Below, piece by piece: positions 41,101 to 53,940 of a stretch of 64,000 nt of DNA (position 1 is its first letter; each line of letters begins with the position of its first letter). The translations under genes and the position numbers were made by a program. Under the pieces are notes generated by a model. That model was not told the DNA's origin. It saw only the letters and a list, made by a program, of their open reading frames with translations, and searched no databases. The stretch lies in contig JAAOMT010000275.1 in assembly GCA_016748015.1 (NCBI GenBank), positions 1-64,000 of the forward strand, written 5' to 3'. Source of the DNA: Geosiphon pyriformis uo1 (lineage: Eukaryota; Fungi; Glomeromycota).

Positions 41101-42372
41101 GTGTTTCAGATGTTGGTGATTATTTTGATACAGACCACCAAGCTGTGTCTGTATCTCTGGGCCTGAGTGGTTTGCTAAATACACACTTGTTTTCTTTTTG
41201 CAAGCAGGTGAATAAAGATCATTAGAAATTTGATGTCAAAAATGCCAGTGAAGCTAAATGGCTTGAGTTTAAAGATGTTACGGCTGCTAATACTGCTATG
41301 TTTTCAGGTGCGTTTAGTGATGCTGTGAAATTTTCTGATCTTGGCACTATGTAGAACATTATTCACAAGATTATGGTTCTCTCAGCTGGTAGTACTTTCA
41401 AAAAAAGATGGTTCAAGAGTTTTGATATGATTCACAATAGGGTATCATCTAGGTTTCACAAGCTGGAGCTGTTGGTTTCCAAGCTGGTGAAGGCTTCTCA
41501 TTTGAGTTCTAGTGTCAGTTTTGCTTTACTTTTGGTTACATGGGACAACCTTAACTCTGCTGGTGCATTGTTAGTAAAATTTATGTTCCATTCTGGTGCT
41601 AAATTTGATGACATTTGTTCTGCTCTGGCCAAAGCAAAGAGGTTATACTACTCTTCAAAATTGCTGAAGTCTAATTGTGCTGAGGAATCTCATATTAGAC
41701 AGGCTATTAACAATAGGATAGAAAGTTTTGAACTGGATAAGAGTCATACAATCAGAAGTGTGTTGGAGTGTCCCTTTCACAAAGTGGTTTTGAACTATCT
41801 GGTCATAAATGATGAGTTGATTCTTGAACCTAATTTGGTGAAATTCAAGGTGGATGCTATTATGAAAGGATGAACCAGGAAACGTGTAATGGTTGATGAT
41901 ATCTCTGATACTTGGTCTTGTCAATACAGACCTTTGAACTACATTTTTGATGATGCTTTTTCTGGGGTAATGAGTAAGATTGATGTTGATGAGTTGCATT
42001 GTGTGGTTTCCAGTTTGCCTGATGGGAAAGCTGCTAGTCTCTTGGGTATCTTTAATGAGCTTTGGAAACGTTGTGATAAATCAGTTTTGGGTTTGTTTTT
42101 GGTTCTTTTGAATTTTTGTTTGTCTTGTGAGTTGGTGCCTGGCCCTTGGAAGGAGGCTTGGGTTTCAATGATTCCCAAACCTTATGAGTAGGAGAGTGTT
42201 TTCATGAATACTCGTCCTATTGCCTTGATTGAAACAACTCACAAGATTCTCTTCAAGATTTTTTCAGATAGGATCTCACTGGCTTGCAGCTCCTATGATG
42301 TTCTGCGTGGTAACAATTTTTCAGTTTTAAAGGGTACGACAACTCAGTCTCTTATTTTTGCAGTTGGCTCGG

Positions 42373-43463
42373 TGTTATCCGAGTAGAAAAAACTGATCCA
42401 AAGTTATGAAGAACATGACCAAAACGTGACATAACACAGAATAACGCGCAATAACATTGGATAACGCATTATAATGTTGGATAATGTGTTATAATACAGG
42501 ATAATACAGAATAATATGCAATAATATAGGATAACGTGTTATAATGCAGGATAACACAGAATAACATGTAATAATGTCAGATAACATGTTATAACATAGG
42601 ATAACTAGTGATAACGTAGAAAAACGAAGCAATAACAGAAACAACAAAGCAATAGCTAGTGATAGTGAGACACTTGAAAGCAATTCTGTAAAACCAAAAG
42701 AATATATAAAAGCAAGTAGTTGTAGAAGTGAGAAAAGAGGAAGAAAAAAATAGATACGAATCTCTAGACCAGAAATTAAAATATCCATACCCCTTCATCC
42801 TTTATTATCTTCCCTATTTCAGAAGATGAAATAAACCAATTATTAAAAGAAATCAGAATCATGAATTCATGTTCTCAAACTTTGTGAAATTTACATGAAT
42901 TAACCCTTGTCTTGTACCTCCGTTCTAAAACAGATGCTCTTAGCATAACCACCTCGAACCTATTAACGATTTGGACCAATCACTCTTGATCACGGCAATT
43001 GACAATACTAATTTATCTTTTCTCTCTTTTCTTTTCTTTTCTTTTTCTTTTTCTTTCTTTTTCTGTTTTATTTTTTTGTGGAGTGGCAACATAGTAAAAT
43101 TGACTGTCTGGGAATAGACTTTGTGATAGCCTGGTAAAAAAGGAAAGCTCTCCCTAAGTTTTGGATATTAACATTATCTTGTTAGCTTACCAGAAGGACA
43201 AAAAGACAATGCCAGACCCTAACGACTGCGCTTATTAGCTTGGAGAAGAAAACTCACATTTACAAAAAATATTGCAATCAATGAAAGACAAACTCTGTGC
43301 CTTATAACCAAAAAACTCAATGGGTAAAATTCACAACTAAGAATAGACCTTCAGAGACTGATAATCAAGATTAAGCCAACAGAATTACGTGGAAGACACA
43401 TCATTAATAATTGAGAGCACTAAACGTTACCATTTCCCATACCCACCAAGTTTACCCATAACA
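42373..43463 (+). mobile_element. Solo LTR S2 (1091 bp)
   Basis: TGTTAT...ATAACA termini; TSD TCGG (42369-42372) and TCAG (43464-43467). Removal restores LINE RT AVGS|VIEDA. It shares R/U5 motifs with the G1/G2 LTRs in plus orientation. Confidence 0.9.
42410..42620 (+). repeat. Tandem array of ~10-bp ATAAYRYRRR units in S2 U3
   Basis: ataacacaga ataacgcgca ataacattgg ataacgcatt ataatgttgg ..., about 20 units. Confidence 0.9.
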
Positions 43464-46400
43464 TCAGTAATTGAGGATGCTTTGGAAAAGAACCAAGAAC
43501 TCTGGCTTGTTCTGCAGGACATGTGGAAGGCATATCATTCAGTTGGCTGGGAGCATCTTAAGAGAAGTTTGGTCAGGATCAAAATGTGTAGTAAATTTGT
43601 TCGCTTTTTTGGTAGTATTTATAAGGACCAAACCAACTGTGTCATAACAGATTTTGGTTTGACCAATGATTACTGGGTGTTTGATGGGTTGGACTAAAGA
43701 GAAGTTTTTTCCCCTCTGCTGTGGTGCATATTTTATGATCCTCTTTTGTGTGAAGTCAAGTGTCAAGAGAGTGTGTGTGGTTATAGGCTCAATTCTCATT
43801 TTGTTTCTAGAAGTGGTCGCATTGAGTCTCAAGCTGGGCTTTCTTCTTTCTTTATTGTTGGTGCCTTTGTTGATGATACTATTTGGGTTGGTGGCAGTCA
43901 GACTACTACTTAGCATATTCTCAACATTGCTAGTGAATTTTTTAGAGTCAATGACATTTCAATTAATAATGACAAAACTGTGGTCATTCCAATCAATTGC
44001 AGGGTCGGTGTTTTGTCTCTTTTTATTAGTAGTTCACTTATTTCAGTTGCCCGTAGAGGGGAATCTCATTAGTATCTCAGTATCTTTTTGTTGACTGAGG
44101 GTTTTTCAAAGCCTAGCTTGGCTAAGGCACATTCGGACATTTGTTTCTTTACTAATTTAATTCTAAAGAAGGCAGTTTCAGATAAGCAATTCTTGTATCT
44201 AATGTCAGCAGTTCTCCATCCCATAATTGACTACAGAATGCAGTTCAGCTATATTCCTGTTGGTGTGTGCAATAAATAGAATGCTCTGATTTGCAGGGGC
44301 TTGAAGCTAAAAGCTGGTCTTCTGTTGGATTTTCTTAGTAATACTATTTATCATCCTTTCTTTTATGGTTTAAAGTTATTTTCACAGTGTCAATCTGAGA
44401 GTAAAGTGGCTTTGCTTATTAGTTTTGTGAACTCTGGTGGAATTTTGGGGTGTCTGTTTGGTCACAGGTCACATGATTTACAGATTCTGTGTTGGTGGCC
44501 CATTTACCTACTAATCTCTCCTGCTCGTATTCGCATCAGTGTTTCTAATAATTTCTTGGCTGGTATGATTCACATTCTTCTTGATTGCAATTTGTTTTTG
44601 GGTGGCTCTTTGACCAGTGCTTTTTGGTTTTGTGATGGGGTTCCTATGTCTGTTGTTCTTGGTAAGTTTTTGTTTTTCAAGTTTTTACTTTCTCTCTGGC
44701 ATTTTGGCATTGCCTTCATGAATCAGCTTCATAATCGACATGGTGTTGTTTTTAGCTGGTGCACCTTCAAGCAGTGGAAGAGACTGGACCTTCATGGCCC
44801 AGTTCCTGATTGGTTCAGGCCTTTTGTTGCATTTTTTGCAGCTTCTCATTTCTCTTCCGCAGCCTCAGTTGGTGTTGGTCCTCTTAATTTTTGTGAGTCT
44901 GATGATTTTGTGTCCATCTGTGATCATCTTTTCCAGATTAACGTTGATAGTTTGTCAATATATACGGATGATTCTTTGAGGAATTTGGGCACAGTTGATT
45001 GCAGAGCTGGAGCAGCTGTTTTTTTTTAAGGACATTGATTTGGGTGTGGGTGTCAGTGTTCAAGGTTTAGTGTCATCTACTTTGGCAGAGTTATAGGCTA
45101 TAGTATTGGCTTTGAAGTGCATGCCTGTGGCTCATTTTGTTAATTTGTTTTCAGATAGTCAAGCAGCTTTAGATGCTTGTAAGTCTGAGTTAAGCCTGGT
45201 GTGTCCTGACTTTTGCAATCAATGTTGGGTTAAGTGTCAGCATATTCAGAATGTTATCCATAGTAAGAATTTGAGAGTTAGCTGGCACAAAGTCAAGGGC
45301 CATTCCAGTGTTTCAGGGAATGATTGTGCTGATAGCATTACTGATGCTGCTTTTTTATCTGGTTGGTATCTTTCTCTTTGCATGAATGGACACTTTTTGT
45401 TGGCAGATGGTGGTATTGTTTCTGGTAATTCTAAACACTTTGTTTGAGATGTTTGTTGTGTAGTTTGTCATGCATGCTCGGAGGTTGGTTCTGGTTCTGG
45501 ATTTCTGGCTAGTAGTTTGTATTCAGATGTTGACTGGCTCAGTTTTTCTAGAGTTTGACACCCTGATTTGCATATGGCCACTAGTTTTACTAGCAGGCTC
45601 ATGGCTAATACTCATACTTATCTTATAAAGGCTTTGTACTGTCAGCTTCCTGTGGCTGTTTGAAGGTGCATTTATGATAAATGTTATCCTAGTGTTCTGT
45701 GTCTGTATTGTGGTAAGGTAGAGGTTTCTGATCATGTGTTTTCTTGTGTGGTTGATAATTTGGCTCACCATCAGGTTCTGGAATCCTGCATGTTTTCTTG
45801 GAGATCACTTTTTGAGCTTTCTCTTCCTTCTTTGGTTGTGTTGCAGTTGATGTCAATCTGTGTTCCAGATTTACTGGTTTTTTTAGCTCTTTACAAGAGT
45901 TTTGTTTTCAATGGTTGGCTTCAGGAGGCTGTTACTGTTTTTCATGACCTCAAGATTGCTGGTGTTAAAATTACTGATTTTGTGCACTCTATATGTTCTG
46001 CTTTTAGGAATAATATTTGGTTGGTCTGTGCCAAGCATTGTGCTTTTATGGAAAAGAATGGCCTGATCTCAGTGGACAGGTCGTTTGTCATCCCAGTTTC
46101 TGGTTTGGTTTCGAGGTTTTTAGCTGGTGTGGTTAAATTGCTTGGTATTACTGAAGCCTTTGGTATTCTTTTTGGCTTTTGCAAGTCTTGTTCATTTTTT
46201 TCAGGCATTGGTGACCTGGTGTCTGTTAATATAGTTGTGTAGTGTTGTCCTGACTGGCTCGAGTGGCTGGTCACATGTGATAAAATGCATGATTCACACC
46301 TAGTTTAGATCATTTCATTGATGTATAGTTCTAGGTGGTGTTTGGACCTCACTCGTTAAACATAATAAAAAAAAAAAAATTTAATTTATAGCAATTTACA

Positions 46401-46941
46401 AACATAATTAATAATTACAATTAACAAAGTTTAATTATTAAAAAACCATAACAATTTGTACAATTATTATTTTAAAACATTGTAATATTAAAACATAAAA
46501 AAAATTACAAAAAACTTAATGTATTGCTTATAATAAAGGTTTTAGCATTATTATAATGCTATTTTTTTTTATAAAAACTTAAAAACCTGTAATTTGATAG
46601 TATTGCTTACAATGAAAGTTTTAATATCATTATAAAATACTTTTCATTTTACAAACGATCTTATTAAATGCTTATTAAAAGTAAAATTGGTAAATTGATT
46701 GGTATTAAAAACATAGACTTGAAATATCTAATGCTTTTAACAGTAATGTTTTACCCGGATGCCAAACCTCACTTAGTAATCTCGATAATTTTTATTATTA
46801 TAAAAATTACTAAATTACTAATAGAATTTCTTATACCTTAAAGAAACTTCATTCTTTGAATGTGGATCAGAAAGTTATATTTAATTAATTTAATAAAACT
46901 TATAATCACTCATATATTTTTATAAGTGGCGTTGAGGATTT

Positions 46942-49900
46942 TTAAACCTCAATCCCAGCTCGTTCCTTTAAGAGCATTTTAACTAGTAATTCTTCAGTTT
47001 CCTCTTCTTCATTATCACCACTTTTATCTTTACTTCTCAGTGATGTTTTAACCAAGGCTAATCCTTCACTATCTGTATGTTCATCTAACCATTTAGAATA
47101 CTCTGCTTCCGACCATCCATAAGTTTTGTGTGGTAATTGCAAAGTGTTTGCGGGTGATCGGACGATAATGTGGTGCAACAGGATGAGAAGTGGTATATCG
47201 GATGTGTGTTGAATAGATGGCAATTTAGCATAATCGAGGAAAAGAAGTTGTCTTTTAAAATTAAATTAACAAAAATAGAAATAGAATGTTAAAGATAAAG
47301 TGACACTTAGAAAAAAAGAATAATTCAATGTACTGGTTATAAAATAGCGTACCTAAAGGCTCGTAAAGCCTTATATTCTTGACCTAACTCGCCCAAACTT
47401 AACCCATGATTAGCCAATACTTGGTTTAAGGAAAACTCGAGTTGGGTGATATCATTAGTCAATTTTAATTTTCCAGCTTCGCTTAGCGGTCGTACTAGAC
47501 TAATTTGCAGCAGCCAAAAGTTTAAAATTCGTTTGGCGATAGCTTTTATCCTTTCCCAGTAAATTAATTTTTGAATAATTAGTAAGACCGAGCAAAAACG
47601 CAGATCACTAATCGATATTAACTCAAAGTTATAAAGATGCTTACCATTGTTTCCCCTCTACTCCGAAAGAAAATCGAGATAAAAATTCTTTCTGAAGATA
47701 CTTAAGACGGTTTAAGAATTCAGTCATATATGAGCTGCATTGAGCCTCGGTTTGGGAGTGAATAAATGGTTTGGAGACTTGTTGCCTAGATTAACGAGTT
47801 AGTCAAATTTTAAGTATTTAAGCTAATAAATCAAAAAATTATATCGACCTGGAAAAATCCTCACGATGTATCTTCAATAACGTCGTCTCTAGGTCTTTCT
47901 TAATACTAGTAATTAAGGGAGTCATGATGTTGAGCATGGCGTGTTTTAATTGCTATAGGAATTTTAATAGCTTTCATATTTGATAAGAGCAACTAATATC
48001 AATAAAAAATTACTAGATTGACCTATTCTCACCTGAATCGCGTCATTCACAATATCGATAATATCTTGATGCTGATCACATATCTTATATACAGATTGAT
48101 ATAGAAGGTAGATAGCACCAACCAGTTCAAAATTTATATTTTGTGAAGAGGTGGCTGGGGATATACCTGAGATTTGATAAGAGGATGGATCGCTAGCAGC
48201 CTTCAATAATATCTAGAGATTAGATAAAATTCTCAAATTAAAACGCCACCAAAATAATTGAAATTACCATCGCTTCTGCCTTGTTACAACAATAATTTAA
48301 AGCTTTAGCCACATTTTTCGCGATAGATTTGGTCAACTGTGAGCCAACTTGGGCATCATCGAGCTCACTATAAAAAAGTAATTTTTGGGGGAGTAAATAT
48401 GATACGGCAATATATTAAAACGTTCATGAATTATTTTTTTTAATATCGTGCAACATATCAAAATTCCATCTTTAATTATAGGTAGCTTTTCTTCATTTAC
48501 CTCGATATAGCTTTTACTACATTTGTTATATCGTTCTTCGAGGGCCAAGAACGCAAGAGCCCAGCAGTAAATCCAGAGTTTATAGGTTCATATAATCTTG
48601 TGAGTGAACGCGAGAGATAGCCTAATTCAAAATTGGATATACTATGAAGCATAACCACATATGCTTGACTAGGATCACATTATATTCCAAGCTCTTAGTT
48701 ATAAAAGGCAGCTAAAGTCAAATCGCTTTTTAAGTAAGCAAAATTAAATACCTTTTGAACTCTTGGGGGACATCACGAGGATCAGACGATTCGACTGTCG
48801 CAAAGAAATCTCGAAAAAGACGAAGCAGCCTTGGATAACCGCTGACTAAGGTTTGCTGAACAAAGGAAGATCCTATGCAATCAAAAAACTTAGGAATAGC
48901 AGGCGCTAAATATGCCTAAGCGAATGGTAATTAATATGTATTATGTACCTTTGCTGGACTCTTTTAAGCCTTTTTCGAAATTAAGCGACAAATTTTTCCA
49001 AAAATAATGAACTAATTCGCTATCCAAAATCTAAGATCAAAACAAGTTCACAATACATAATAAGACATATCAAGTATTTGCTCTAGTTTAAAAAGTGCAT
49101 ATATACCTTCCCAACCTCGTCGAGAAATGGGATTTGAGTGATGGGGTCTTTCTCTTTTGTTAACACGCGTTCTAAAGTATATATCTAAATTTACACTAAA
49201 ATTATGTGAAAGCTGAATCTTAAAACATTCAAGAAAAATTATAATAGAGATTACAAACCTTATTACAGCTCTGACTGATTTCTTTCAACAAAATTTCTAG
49301 TCTTTTCCAAATAATTGTAGACCATAAATTCGTTGTTCCAGGTACCTCCACCCCTAATCTTCCCATGCCTTTCAATTGGCCAACTCCTGAATCTATAATA
49401 AATTTAAGATTTTTAATAAGTTTTAATATCACAAATTATATTAAAAATAAATGAAAATACAATTCAAACACCTTTAACTTCTCGCTGGATAGATGAGATA
49501 TTTAAGGCATTTTGGATTTGAAGAGATATAGTCTCCAATAAATCTTCAACATATTTAATTGTACAATCTCCCAATTCATGAAGGCTCTGAAATATGCGAA
49601 GACTAAAAGCAACTTTTGTTTCATCCTAGAAAATACCAGTTGAGAATATATAAGCCTTTATGATAAATAGAACAGCATTTAAATTAACACATCTATGTCA
49701 GAAACCTGAAGATTTATCCCTTCTTGAAGTAATTTTATAGCCTCGTTCCGAATTCCTTCTTTTGCTTGTTGAATTAATATCAAATGATCTTCAACAATTT
49801 CGACGCCTTGAAAATCTCCTTCTTGCAACAATTCCTCTGCAAAAGATATTAAAAATCAAATGGATAAATAATGATTAATGTAAAATATTCCAAAAAAAGA

Positions 49901-50694
49901 ATGAAAATCAAAAGTATCCTTAATTTTTTGAATAATATTCGATATTACCTAGCTCCCTAATAATCGATGCCGCCTTTTCATAATGTCCAATTTTCGTCGT
50001 ACTACTTTCATCAATTTCTTCTAAATGTACTTGTAACCTTTTCATCGTATTTAAGAAGTTGATAACATTTCGCAGCACGACTAAAGCACTTTGCAATCGT
50101 TCTAATTGTATTGCATAATTTTTAAACTGCGCATACGGTGTGTGTATTTTTGCGCTCAGTCTATTATTTTAGATTATATGATAGTTAGTAGCAATTAAAT
50201 ATTAACAATCAAAAGGATAAATCCAATCACAAAATAACCTTTTGATTGATGTGAAAAGATTTTGAATTCCATCTCGAACCGCACCCAGACTCTCGTCTAA
50301 TTTACGGATCCCGGCAGCTTGAACTAGCAAATCTTCAAAATGCACGACCACCTAATCCGAAAGTTCACAGTTAACTCAGAAAAATCAAGATTTCACGATG
50401 CAAATATATCGGATCTTAATACCTGATCATGCAACTTTTTGTTTAGATTATCGATGCTAAATGATATTTTGGTTAATGACATAGATATATCGCCTTCGAC
50501 TGTTGACTCATTTAATGTCGTGTTGATATAAACCTTTGGGTCGAAGTCGGATGAATAAAAAACCTGATAGTCTATAAATAAGAGAAAGAATTTCCGAGTT
50601 GAGAGAATAGATGCAATAATTAAACCCCTGTATTTTCTAGTACCATAAAAGATATACCCATGTAAAGGTCTTGTTCTTGTAAAGTATCAGACAT
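46942..50694 (-). CDS. COG5: Conserved oligomeric Golgi complex subunit 5 (multi-exon)
   Basis: ATG at 50694 (MSDTLQEQDLY). Exons encode FYSSDFDPKVYINTTL, HFEDLLVQAAGIRKL, LSAKIHTPY..QLERLQ, VRPLSEAGKLKLTNDITQLE, YKALRAFR and PHKTYGWSEAEYSKWLDEH, which are COG5-typical. Introns checked are GT-AG; not every exon boundary was mapped. Confidence 0.88.
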
Positions 50695-51369
50695 TTTAAA
50701 AATCGATTTCCTCTATAAATCTTTTTATAAAATACTTTCGGTGATTTTTAAATAATAAAGAGCGATGATTAACTAATTAGCCGGGATAAATAAATGCTAA
50801 TCGATAATGGAGATCTAAATTATATAGACATCGAGTATAATAAAGCAAGTTTTTGCTAATAAAGAAATGCTCGATAGTATAAATTTAAATCTTATATTGA
50901 GGCGGAAAGGGCTCTATATTTATATTAGCGAAGTAACGGGGAAATTATATTTAATAGGCGAAAGCATACTTCAAGATAATTTTTGTTACTATATTATAAA
51001 TCCTATATTTCCCACCTATAGCTCTTAAAGCTATTTATATAGGTTATAAATCGAAGAAACTTATAATCTAATTCTTTCTTAGGTCCTAAGGAAAGTATTT
51101 ATAGATCATTTAATACTTTCCAGTTAGAAATAAATTTTAGCTGTTAAGTTTAAACACGCGCATTTAATATTTACTATTTTTATTAACTCTAGTGAAATCT
51201 AATATTTTTTATTATGGTGTTAATAAAAAAATTAAGATACGAAATAAGTAGACCGGGAGAAATTTATATCTCGCTTAAGACCTGATCGTGAACTTTTGCT
51301 TAAAATTTTACGATTATAACTATAATTGCTTATATATATGTTATTAATCCTACAGACCAAATCCTAGCC

Positions 51370-52001
51370 TTATCGCTTCTTAAAGTAATCTAAGAGCACG
51401 TTTCTGGCTTCAGAATCTTCACCATAGTCTTTTACAACAACACAAGAGCACGCGACAACCTTTCGAGGATTTCCCTCTCGATCAATTTTGCACAGGCCAG
51501 CCCATTGACCTAACGCCTTAGCGTCAGATACTTTGATAAGGAAAATATTATGTTCAGTACAGAGAGCTTCAACAAGTTTTAAATATTCTTTTTCGGTACA
51601 TGTCTCAACAAGGACACAAAGATGAGCTTGTCGCCTAAAATATAGTTTTATTAATAAGCCGAATAAATTATTATAAGTAGTCTTAACACATTATTAGTCC
51701 AAAGATTAGATAAATCAATCATATAATTTAAAATTTTCTTACCTGTCTAAAGCTTTAGCACATTCGCGTAAGCCACGAGCAAGTCCGTCGACAAAAAGAG
51801 CACGTTTTAAGACATCTTGAAGCGCTTCTTGTACTGTCTAATATTTTTTAAGATTTTAATAAAGTCCTACCGATACAAGAAAGAAGAAAATTATCTAACC
51901 AATGAGCCTTTGGCTGGAGTGTCGGAAGTTACATGAACTTCTTGCGTAACTTCCTCTTCTTCGTTCCCAGCATCATCTCGATCTTCCACCTCTGAAGGCA
52001 T
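51370..52001 (-). CDS. RPS12: 40S ribosomal protein S12 (eS12); exons 52001-51900, 51837-51743, 51634-51370
   Basis: Spliced product [10 protein letters not shown]...[36 protein letters not shown]...[47 protein letters not shown]; GT-AG introns keep the frame. Confidence 0.96.
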
Positions 52002-52119
52002 ATTCACTTAATTTCGCTAATTAATAAGTAATATGTATTGAGACGTCCTCGCTTTAAAAAGTAAATATTCGTTAATAAATATTATTTAGTCCGATAATAA
52101 TGAAATTAGGTAGAACCTA

Positions 52120-52661
52120 CATGATGCGCTGCTTTAATTAAAGACGGATAGGATTGAAAAAGGTTAAAAACGTTTTAGGCTGTTAGCAAAATCAGTTTTT
52201 ATCTTCTTTTTTTTTTGCCCACAACCCCTCGAGTAATATCATTGGCTATAATTTTCTACTTATTAAAATTAATCATGAGATTTAATAAAATTATTATTGA
52301 TTTTAAAAAATTAAATTTATACTACTTTTTTAATAATTATTTTCCGTTTTGAGGAAATTAATTATTAAAAAAGTAGTAATNNNNNNNNNNNNNNNNNNNN
52401 CATGATGCGCTGCTTTAATTAAAGACGGATAGGATTGAAAAAGGTTAAAAACGTTTTAGGCTGTTAGCAAAATCAGTTTTTATCTTCTTTTTTTTTTGCC
52501 CACAACCCCTCGAGTAATATCATTGGCTATAATTTTCTACTTATTAAAATTAATCATGAGATTTAATAAAATTATTATTGATTTTAAAAAATTAAATTTA
52601 TACTACTTTTTTAATAATTATTTTCCGTTTTGAGGAAATTAATTATTAAAAAAGTAGTAAT
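52120..52661. other. Scaffold gap (N20, 52381-52400) flanked by an identical 261-bp duplication
   Basis: 52120-52380 equals 52401-52661. Confidence 0.92.
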
Positions 52662-52843
52662 ATTACAATTTAATTATGCATTATTTGCAAAATAACTTTT
52701 TTATATATTATTATTAAAATTAACAATTTGAATATAATAAACATTTTTTAATTATTTTATTTTATTTTATTTTTAAACAATATAAATTATAAAAACAAAA
52801 GTTTTTTAATTTTTAAGCACAATTTTAATTACCAAATAATATA

Positions 52844-52969
52844 GTTCGTGATAGACCGAGTGGCTGGTCACATGTAGTAAGCGCGTAATTCACGCCTAGT
52901 TTAGATCACATAGCTGATGTATTGTGCTAAGTAGTGTTTGGGCCTCACTCGTTAAAATAAAATAAAATA
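52844..52969 (+). mobile_element. Short (~125 bp) LINE 3'-end retrocopy with (TAAAA)n tail
   Basis: Aligns to the LINE 3' module. Candidate TSD AAATAATATA at 52834-52843 and 52970-52979. Confidence 0.8.
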
Positions 52970-53940
52970 AAAATAATATATTGTACATTTAATTATTTAA
53001 TTAAAAAATAATTTATAAACTAAAATTATTATTTTTGTGAACACAATATATTAAAATTAATTTAAAATTTACATAAAAAATTATACAATATGAAAAAAGT
53101 TTTTTAAAAAATTAGTAATAATAAAATACAAAGCTTAAAAGTTTACAAAATTTAAAAAAAAAGTTTTAATAACTGCTTAAAAATATGATTAAAATATTTT
53201 AATAATTATTAAAATAAAAAAATATATATTAATATTATTCAAATAAATGATTACAAATTAAAATAAATAATAAAAACTTTTTTTCTCTTCTTAATTATAC
53301 AACCACAACTAAAACAAAGAGTAAAAAAGTTTTAAATATTACTTTTCCTATAATAACTAATAAAGTTTTAACAAGAGAGAGTTTTTTTATTGAGACAATT
53401 AAGAAAAATATTTTGGCAATATTTTTTTTAAATATTAATAATAAAAAGCTCTTTTTAATAATTTTTAAAGTATTTTTATTATCTTTGATTAATGGTTTTT
53501 CTCTAGTCAAAGTTTTTTTCAAAAAATACACTAGAGTTAGTTTTAATGTTATTTTTATCTCTTTTAAAAGCCCAAAAGTTTTTAATAATAGACTAATTAA
53601 CAAGCTGATTTTTTTTATACTTACTATTAATAATATTATTAATTTTTTACAAATAATTAAAAAAATTCAAGATTCAAAAAAACAACAGCAATTGCTTATA
53701 TCTATTATTGCTATATCAAACTTCTTTGTAATTCCAAATAAAATTTTGAAAAAGATCTTTTTAATAATATTTAGTTTTTTTTTTAATATAAATAACAACA
53801 ATAATAATATATCTTCTAAGATAAGTTAAATTAATTACTAATTATATTATCAAATATAATGTCTTTTAACAAATTATTATTGATCTTAAAAACAAAACAA
53901 CTCATTGAATTATTTGATTTTAAGAATTGAATTAATCAAA

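Larger units (their letters stand above)
38525..46377 (+). mobile_element. LINE copy D, full length, with a solo LTR in RT
   Basis: ORF1 ~38667-40470; ORF2 40467-46242 (APE, RT AFVDDTIW, RNaseH, zinc finger); 3' module and poly(A). Candidate TSD AATTTAATTTA at 38514-38524 and 46378-46388. Confidence 0.95.

Noticed and set aside
42410-42620. CRISPR-like array
   Set aside because: These are contiguous 10-bp units with no unique spacers, inside an LTR, with no cas genes and a eukaryotic context.
1-46242. Alternative genetic code (TGA/TAA/TAG read as W, Q or R)
   Set aside because: Stops mostly fall at different positions in each TE copy and are one transition from TGG, CAA, CAG or CGA. RPS12 and the COG5 exons read translate cleanly in the standard code.
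49914-49922. U12 intron donor-like GTATCCTT in COG5
   Set aside because: It is on the non-coding strand; the donors checked are ordinary GT types.
52120-52661. Tandem duplication of the RPS12 upstream region
   Set aside because: The copies are identical and sit exactly either side of an N20 gap, typical of an unmerged contig overlap.
52900-52950. Hammerhead ribozyme in the 3' module (ctgatg)
   Set aside because: There is no CUGAUGA plus GAAA core in the right arrangement, and the motif is not conserved across copies.
53295-53829. I/K/F/L/N-rich ORFs here and at 6224, 7303, 10216, 58750 and 58889 as membrane proteins
   Set aside because: They are compositional artefacts of AT-eroded TE DNA.
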